Assembly: GCF_011764565.1 (NCBI RefSeq) | Contig: NZ_AP022871.1 | Location: 2,664,320 to 2,728,319, forward strand | Reading direction: 5' to 3' | DNA length: 64,000 nucleotides | From: Phytohabitans suffuscus | GTDB taxonomy: Bacteria > Actinomycetota > Actinomycetes > Mycobacteriales > Micromonosporaceae | Shown here: in pieces, positions 59,817 to 64,000 of the stretch | How positions within the stretch are numbered: position 1 is the stretch's first letter | Layout: every line of letters begins with the position of its first letter | Translations under genes and position numbers: made by a program | Notes under the pieces: generated by a model | Told to the model about the DNA's origin: nothing | The model's input: the letters and a program-made list of their open reading frames with translations, nothing else | Databases searched by the model: none

Positions 59817-60569
59817 TCACCAGAGCCCTGCGCCGAGCGTCACCGGCAGATCGGCACCGCAGATGCCTGACGCGGAATCGCTGGCCAGGAAGGCGACAAC
59901 CGCCGCGACCTCCCCGGTGGTGAGAAGGCGACCCTCAAGTGTGGCCCGACGATAGGCATCGAGCACCGCCTCGTCGCCCACTCCGGTCCTTTCGCCCAAG
60001 CCCGCGGCGGACGATCGCAGCATCGCCGTGTCAACCGGGCCGGGCGCGACAGAGTTGACCGTGACGCCCGTTCCCGCCAGCTCAAGTGCCAAGGTGCGGG
60101 TGAGCACGCCAAGCGCGGCCTTCGACGCGGCGTACGAGCCGTTGTGAGCCTCGGCCAGGCGAGCGGCCTGAGACGAGATATTGATGATCCGTCCACTTCC
60201 CGACGCCAACATGACCCTCAGCACCGCCTTGGTCACCGTAAGCGCGCCGAACACGTTGACCTCGAAGGTGCGGCGCCAACTGTCCAGGTCGGCACCGCCA
60301 ACATCGCCGATCTCGCAAATCCCCGCGTTATTGACCAGAAGGTCGATCCCGCCAAGCGAGTCCACAGTCTGCACCACGACCTGACCCACCTCAGCCGCGT
60401 CCGTGACGTCCATCCGCACGACCCGAAACCGGCGACTCATCGCGGTCGCCCTCGAGTCCATCCTGTGGACCGCCGCGACGACGTCATAACCACCCTCCGC
60501 CAGCGCTTGGCAGGTGGCATTCCCGATGCCGCCCGACGCCCCGGTAACGATGGCGACCCGGCCGCTCAT
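59817..60569 (-). CDS. Short-chain dehydrogenase/reductase (SDR)
   Basis: TGASGGIG Rossmann motif, NNAG, catalytic YxxxK (YAASK); starts 8 nt after the restored stop of the upstream gene. Confidence 0.7.
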   Translation of the reverse strand: MSGRVAIVTGASGGIGNATCQALAEGGYDVVAAVHRMDSRATAMSRRFRVVRMDVTDAAEVGQVVVQTVDSLGGIDLLVNNAGICEIGDVGGADLDSWRRTFEVNVFGALTVTKAVLRVMLASGSGRIINISSQAARLAEAHNGSYAASKAALGVLTRTLALELAGTGVTVNSVAPGPVDTAMLRSSAAGLGERTGVGDEAVLDAYRRATLEGRLLTTGEVAAVVAFLASDSASGICGADLPVTLGAGLW

Positions 60570-60576
60570 GAACTGG

Positions 60577-61670
60577 TCACAAAATGCCCGCAGCGGCACC
60601 GCGCAGCTCTTCGATCGTGACCCCTTCGATACCGACGCGGAACCGATCCCATCTGGCAGCACCACACGCATGCTGCCGCCGCGCACCAGGGCTATCTGCC
60701 GCAGCGCGGCGTCGAACCGGCCGGCGGCGGCAGGGGGCAGCTCGAAGTGGGTGGGCAGCTCGTACCGCGCCAGCACTTCCATGATCCGGTGGCTGTTGTG
60801 GCCCGTGAGGTAGCCACGCGCCTCCGCGATCCGGGTTGCGGCCGCGATTCCGATCGCCACCGCCTCACCATGCTCAATGCCGTGATCCGTCGCGATCTCA
60901 AGCGCGTGGGCCGTCTCGTGTCCGAAGTTCAGAAGACGGTCGAGATCGTTCTCGTAAGGGTCAGGTGTCAGCAGGCGCAGCTTGGCCATCAGCGCTCGTC
61001 CGACTATCTCCTCGATTCTCGCGCTCCCGGCGAAAGCCTCCGACGGTCCGGCCTCCACCATCTCGAACAGTGCCCGGTCGGTGATTGTCGCCACCTTGAT
61101 GATCTCGGCCATCCCGGCCCTGAGGACGTCTCGCGGAGCGTCCTCCACGATCGCCGGATCCACGACGACGGCCGACGGGTGGTAGAACGCGCCGATGAGG
61201 TTCTTTGCCCACGGCGTGTTGACGGCTACCTTCCCACCGACCGCGGCGTCGACCTGCGCCGTCAGCGTGGTGGGCAGGCAGACGTACGGGATGCCACGCA
61301 TGTAGCAGGCCGCCACGAACCCGACCGTGTCCGTCACACTCCCGCCGCCGACAGCGACCAGGGTTGTGGTCCGGTCCGCGCTCAGAGCGTGTAGTCGCTC
61401 GATGAGCTGAGCGAACCCGTCGAGTGTCTTCGCGGCCTCACCCGCACTGATGGTGATCGCGTCGACCCGCTCGAACGCGCCGCCGAGCACCTGATTCACG
61501 ACCGGTCCCAAAACGGCGCCGACCTTGGCGTCGGAGATCCAGATCGCCCTTCGCCCACTCGTCCGTGACGCGAAGATCACGCCGCTGCGGCTCAGGCTGC
61601 CGTGGCCGACCACGATCCGGCAGAGCGCTGGTCTCCCGACATTCAATGTGATGTCGAGGTCGCCGCCCAT
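60577..61670 (-). CDS. 3-dehydroquinate-synthase-like sugar-phosphate cyclase (EEVS/DDGS/DHQS family); apparent -1 frameshift near 60650
   Basis: DHQS-family pattern (GGGSVTD, metal-binding His region HETAHALE...HGEAVAIG). True C-terminus ...EELRGAAAGIL* lies in the neighbouring frame. An alternative TTG start at 61646 overlaps the GHMP kinase stop (TTGA). Confidence 0.7.
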
Positions 61671-62713
61671 TCGACCACCAGCCCTTCCCGTTCGACTGAC
61701 GCGGTCAACGGCTCTACCCCACCTTGACCGAGGATCTCCCGCCATCTGGTGCGCACCCGGTCTCTGCTCTCCGGAGGCACCAGAGCCCAGACGGCACCAC
61801 CGCGCCCGCCGCCCGCGAACCTCGCCGCACCGCCACCGGCCAGCGCCGCTTCACGCAGAGCGCGCGCCGTCTCGGTCATCGTTTCCGGCCAGGCCCGGAT
61901 CCTGATCTGGCACTCCCGGTCGAGCGAGTCATGAGCTCCGGACCAGTCACGCCGCTCAAGGCAACCGGCGAGCTCTCTCGTGGTGGCCGAGGTCGCTTTC
62001 CAGGCCGGCATCGCGCCTTGCCGGACAGAGGCGACCCACTCGGCGGTCATCCCGCCATCGACGTGTCCCTCCGCGGTCAGCGCGACAAGGAGTCGACGGC
62101 CAAGCTCGTCGAGCAGATCCGGATCCGAGAGGCTGAGCCGCCGAAAGGGATGCGCGTAGTCTCTGGAGTTCCAGGTCCACAGTGACGCGCCACCGAACGC
62201 CGCGGCGAGGTGGTCCTGAAACCCGACCGCCGTAGGGGTGACCGCGGCTTCCAGTCGCTGTGCCAGCAGGGCACACGCCGCGAGGTCGGGAAGGCCCGAT
62301 CCGGCGTCGTGATCCGCCCTCGTGACCGCCTCGCAGGCCGCGACGAGGCACAACGACACCGCACCCGAACCGCCGAGCCCCATCCCTCTCGGCAGTACGC
62401 TTCTGATCTGGATCGATACGCCACTGAGCTGGTAGTGATGCAGCGCAGCGGCCGCCAGCCGGTGCGAACCTCCCAGCGGTACCTCGGCGTACGAGCTGAA
62501 CTCACCGGCCTCAGCGCCGTCGTCGACCGACACCCTGCCGTCGTCGCGCGGCGCGACGACGACCTCGACCCGCGGTCCAATGGCGATATTCAGCGTGCAG
62601 GGGTCGTACGGCTGAAGCAGCACCGACAATCCCTGCAGGTCCAAGGCATTGCCGCAGTCCACTCGCAACGGTGCGGTCGCTCGAACCCCCGCGATGGAGC
62701 GGATCCCGCCCAC
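61643..62713 (-). CDS. GHMP-family sugar kinase (HddA-like heptose-7-phosphate kinase candidate)
   Basis: GHMP motif II PRGMGLGGSGAVSLCLVAA and motif III LAGGGAARFAGGGRGGAV. Confidence 0.7.
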   Translation of the reverse strand: MGGIRSIAGVRATAPLRVDCGNALDLQGLSVLLQPYDPCTLNIAIGPRVEVVVAPRDDGRVSVDDGAEAGEFSSYAEVPLGGSHRLAAAALHHYQLSGVSIQIRSVLPRGMGLGGSGAVSLCLVAACEAVTRADHDAGSGLPDLAACALLAQRLEAAVTPTAVGFQDHLAAAFGGASLWTWNSRDYAHPFRRLSLSDPDLLDELGRRLLVALTAEGHVDGGMTAEWVASVRQGAMPAWKATSATTRELAGCLERRDWSGAHDSLDRECQIRIRAWPETMTETARALREAALAGGGAARFAGGGRGGAVWALVPPESRDRVRTRWREILGQGGVEPLTASVEREGLVVEWAATSTSH

Positions 62714-62811
62714 CGTGCCTCCGTCAGCCGTCTCGCCGTGTCATGCAAGATTCGGCCATGGCGAAGACGTCGTCAAGAGTGGTTGGCAGCCCCTGTCAGC
62801 TACCGGACCGA

Positions 62812-63927
62812 TCACAGGTAGCGGGAACCGCCATCCTCCTGGAGGCGGGCCACCAACCGCCGCACGTCCTGCGCCTTGGCGCGGTCACAGACCATCAGGA
62901 CGTCCGGCGTATCGACGATGACCAGGTCGTGGACGCCGAGGGCGGCCACCAACCGGCCCGAGTGGGGCAGCACCACCAAGCGGTCGCTCTCTTCCAGCAG
63001 GACCGGGGTGATGTCACCGCCGCCGGACTCCCCCGCGCCGGCGGCGCGGATCACGACGTTCGCGTCCGGTCCCTCGGCCAGTGCCTCGCCAAGAGTGTGG
63101 AAGTGCCCGACGTCGGTCCAGCCGAAGTCCGACGGCACCGCACCGACGATGCCGGCCTTCGCGGCACCCTCCATCACCGCGAAGTCCACAGAGATCCTCG
63201 GTAGCGTGGGCCAGACCTCACCCAGCACCTCCTGCTGGCGCGGCCCGTCCCAGGCAGCGGCGATCTCCAGCAGCGCGTCGTGCATCTGAGGCTGCTGCCT
63301 CTTCAGCTCGCCCAGGAAGACATCGACCCGCCAGACGAACATCGAGGCGTTCCAGTAGTACCGGCCGGAGCGCACGTACTCTTCCGCCACGTCGGCGGTC
63401 GGCTTCTCCTTGAAGGTCGTGACCCGGCGGATCGGACCCTGGCCGACCGCCTCGTCACACTCCACATAGCCGTATCCGGTCTCGGCGTGGGTGGGGTCGA
63501 TCCCGAAGACGACCAGCAGCCCTTCCTCGGCACCCGCCACCGCCGCCCTGACGCACTCGACGAACCGGCGCTCGTCGCGAACGATGTGGTCGGCCGAGAA
63601 GGCGCCCATGAGCGCGGCCGGGTCCTTCCGGGCGATCAGGGCCGCCGCCAGGCCGATCGCACCGCAGGAGTCGCGACCGAAGGGCTCGACGAGGATGTTT
63701 TCGTCGGGCACCTGCGGGATCTGGCGAGCGACCGCGGGCGCGTGAGCCGTACCGGTGACGATGTAGGTCATGTCGTCACTCGTGACCGGGGCCAGCCGGT
63801 TGACCGTCGCCTGCAGAAGGGTGGCGGGCGTGCCGTCCAAGGCGTGCAGGAACTTCGGGTAGTTGGCCCTCGACAACGGCCATAGCCTCGTGCCGCTTCC
63901 GCCGGCCGGAATCACGATGTGCAGCAT
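62812..63927 (-). CDS. Sugar-1-phosphate guanylyltransferase (ManC/HddC-like)
   Basis: IPAGGSGTRLWPLSR nucleotidyltransferase motif. The ATG at 63927 (MLHIVIPAGG...) is preferred over 63972. Confidence 0.75.
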   Translation of the reverse strand: MLHIVIPAGGSGTRLWPLSRANYPKFLHALDGTPATLLQATVNRLAPVTSDDMTYIVTGTAHAPAVARQIPQVPDENILVEPFGRDSCGAIGLAAALIARKDPAALMGAFSADHIVRDERRFVECVRAAVAGAEEGLLVVFGIDPTHAETGYGYVECDEAVGQGPIRRVTTFKEKPTADVAEEYVRSGRYYWNASMFVWRVDVFLGELKRQQPQMHDALLEIAAAWDGPRQQEVLGEVWPTLPRISVDFAVMEGAAKAGIVGAVPSDFGWTDVGHFHTLGEALAEGPDANVVIRAAGAGESGGGDITPVLLEESDRLVVLPHSGRLVAALGVHDLVIVDTPDVLMVCDRAKAQDVRRLVARLQEDGGSRYL

Positions 63928-64000
63928 CGGGCTATCATGCCCCACCGGTCGAACCCCCAGAATTTCCCCCACAGTGTCCCCGGTCAGGCCGCGGCCCGGC

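Noticed and set aside
59817-61745. 642-aa DHQS-SDR fusion protein
   Set aside because: Restoring one base in a G/C run gives the cyclase a natural C-terminus (...EELRGAAAGIL*) and a stop 8 nt before the SDR ATG. These are two genes, not a fusion.

Overview
This window is a high-GC (~72%) actinobacterial chromosome segment. I had no tools and could run no searches, so every family assignment comes from reading the six-frame translations for hallmark motifs and from established knowledge of those families.

The left side follows the conserved actinomycete neighbourhood efeUOB, DUF397/XRE pair, ahcY, manA, CDF transporter, SIS protein, Trm112-like protein. The neighbourhood resumes at ~48 kb with DUF3499, a small metallopeptidase-like protein, whiB2 (WhmD-type), fbiC and cofD/cofE (fbiA/fbiB).

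Between these sits ~38 kb of lineage-specific content:
- pgm, two aldehyde dehydrogenases and a gabT-like aminotransferase.
- A LAL/STAND LuxR regulator resembling mycobacterial IniR, co-operonic with an Hsp70-like ATPase and a roadblock/LC7 protein, divergent from an iniB-iniA-iniC operon (IniB N-domain protein plus two dynamin-like GTPases).
- Immediately beside it, an NfeD-like protein, a flotillin (SPFH) and a 1637-aa protein with a C-terminal AAA_5-type ATPase domain, chained by overlapping start/stop codons. This is my lead candidate for an undescribed membrane-remodelling or stress system.
- A polyamine uptake and catabolism cluster (potDABC, Lrp, class-III aminotransferase, PuuB-like oxidase, saccharopine-DH-like enzyme, agmatinase).
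- An Fe-siderophore ABC importer with an FhuF-like reductase.

The right edge holds a secreted CE15 glucuronoyl esterase with a CBM2, a NUDIX hydrolase, and the start of a sugar-nucleotide cluster (DHQS-like sugar-phosphate cyclase, SDR, HddA-like GHMP kinase, ManC/HddC-like nucleotidyltransferase) that runs off the window.

A key technical point: at least 11 genes carry single-base deletions inside C/G homopolymer runs. I read these as a systematic assembly error, not as pseudogenes, and called the affected genes across the frameshift. Many very long high-GC shadow ORFs in the track are artefacts and were rejected.
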